Assembly: GCF_964355755.1 (NCBI RefSeq) | Contig: NC_092673.1 | Span: 8,370,001 to 8,434,000, forward strand | Source of the DNA: Antedon mediterranea | Lineage: Eukaryota > Animalia > Echinodermata | Direction: 5' to 3' | Length of the DNA stretch: 64,000 bases | Part shown: positions 63,854 through 64,000 of the stretch, in pieces | Numbering within the stretch: position 1 is the stretch's first letter | Layout of the letters: each line of letters begins with the position of its first letter | The notes under the pieces: model-generated | The model's database searches: none | What the model was told of the DNA's origin: nothing | What the model saw: only the letters and a program-made list of their open reading frames with translations | Made by a program: the position numbers and the translations under genes

Positions 63854-64000
63854 GTAAGTACCTTGGCAATTGCCATTACGTTACAATTGTGCGTTATAAA
63901 CAAGTAGGCCTAACTTGCACCCTTAACAAAAATGAGTGTTAATGTTGTTACCACATCAGATTATAGTTCCGTATTACTTACGACTGAAGAAGCTATAACA

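Noticed and set aside
63980-64000. CTGAAGAAG, possible start of a second hammerhead core
   Set aside because: Truncated by the window edge, so stem II and GAAA cannot be seen.

Overview
AT-rich, intron-rich animal genomic DNA. An invertebrate deuterostome, probably an echinoderm, is inferred from gene style and repeat content, not proven. Two + strand genes are each cut by a window edge. (1) 845-21083: the last 31 coding exons of a complement C3-like thioester protein, with an RRRR beta/alpha site, 4-Cys anaphylatoxin domain, GCGEQ thioester, catalytic H-x-E, a candidate alpha/gamma RxxR site and a C345C domain. (2) 44996 to past the window end: a fibrillar collagen with a signal peptide, a Ser/Thr/Asn-rich N-terminal region lacking TSPN/VWC domains, and 45/54/108-bp Gly-X-Y exons in a clade B/C (COL5/11/24/27)-like order. 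A distal first exon may end at 28630. Introns and intergenic DNA carry Kolobok-, Harbinger- and Ginger-like non-autonomous elements, LINE remnants and tRNA-derived SINE heads. Main highlights: four Helentron/HINE-like elements nested inside one another (53021-59400) with co-varying head/tail inverted repeats; C3 next to a clade B/C-like collagen, as in the vertebrate MHC paralogons; a minimal Penelope-type hammerhead ribozyme (24032-24073, minus strand); a 1.3-kb foldback element; and a strong excess of the palindrome TAGGCCTA. All coordinates were read by eye and no searches were run.
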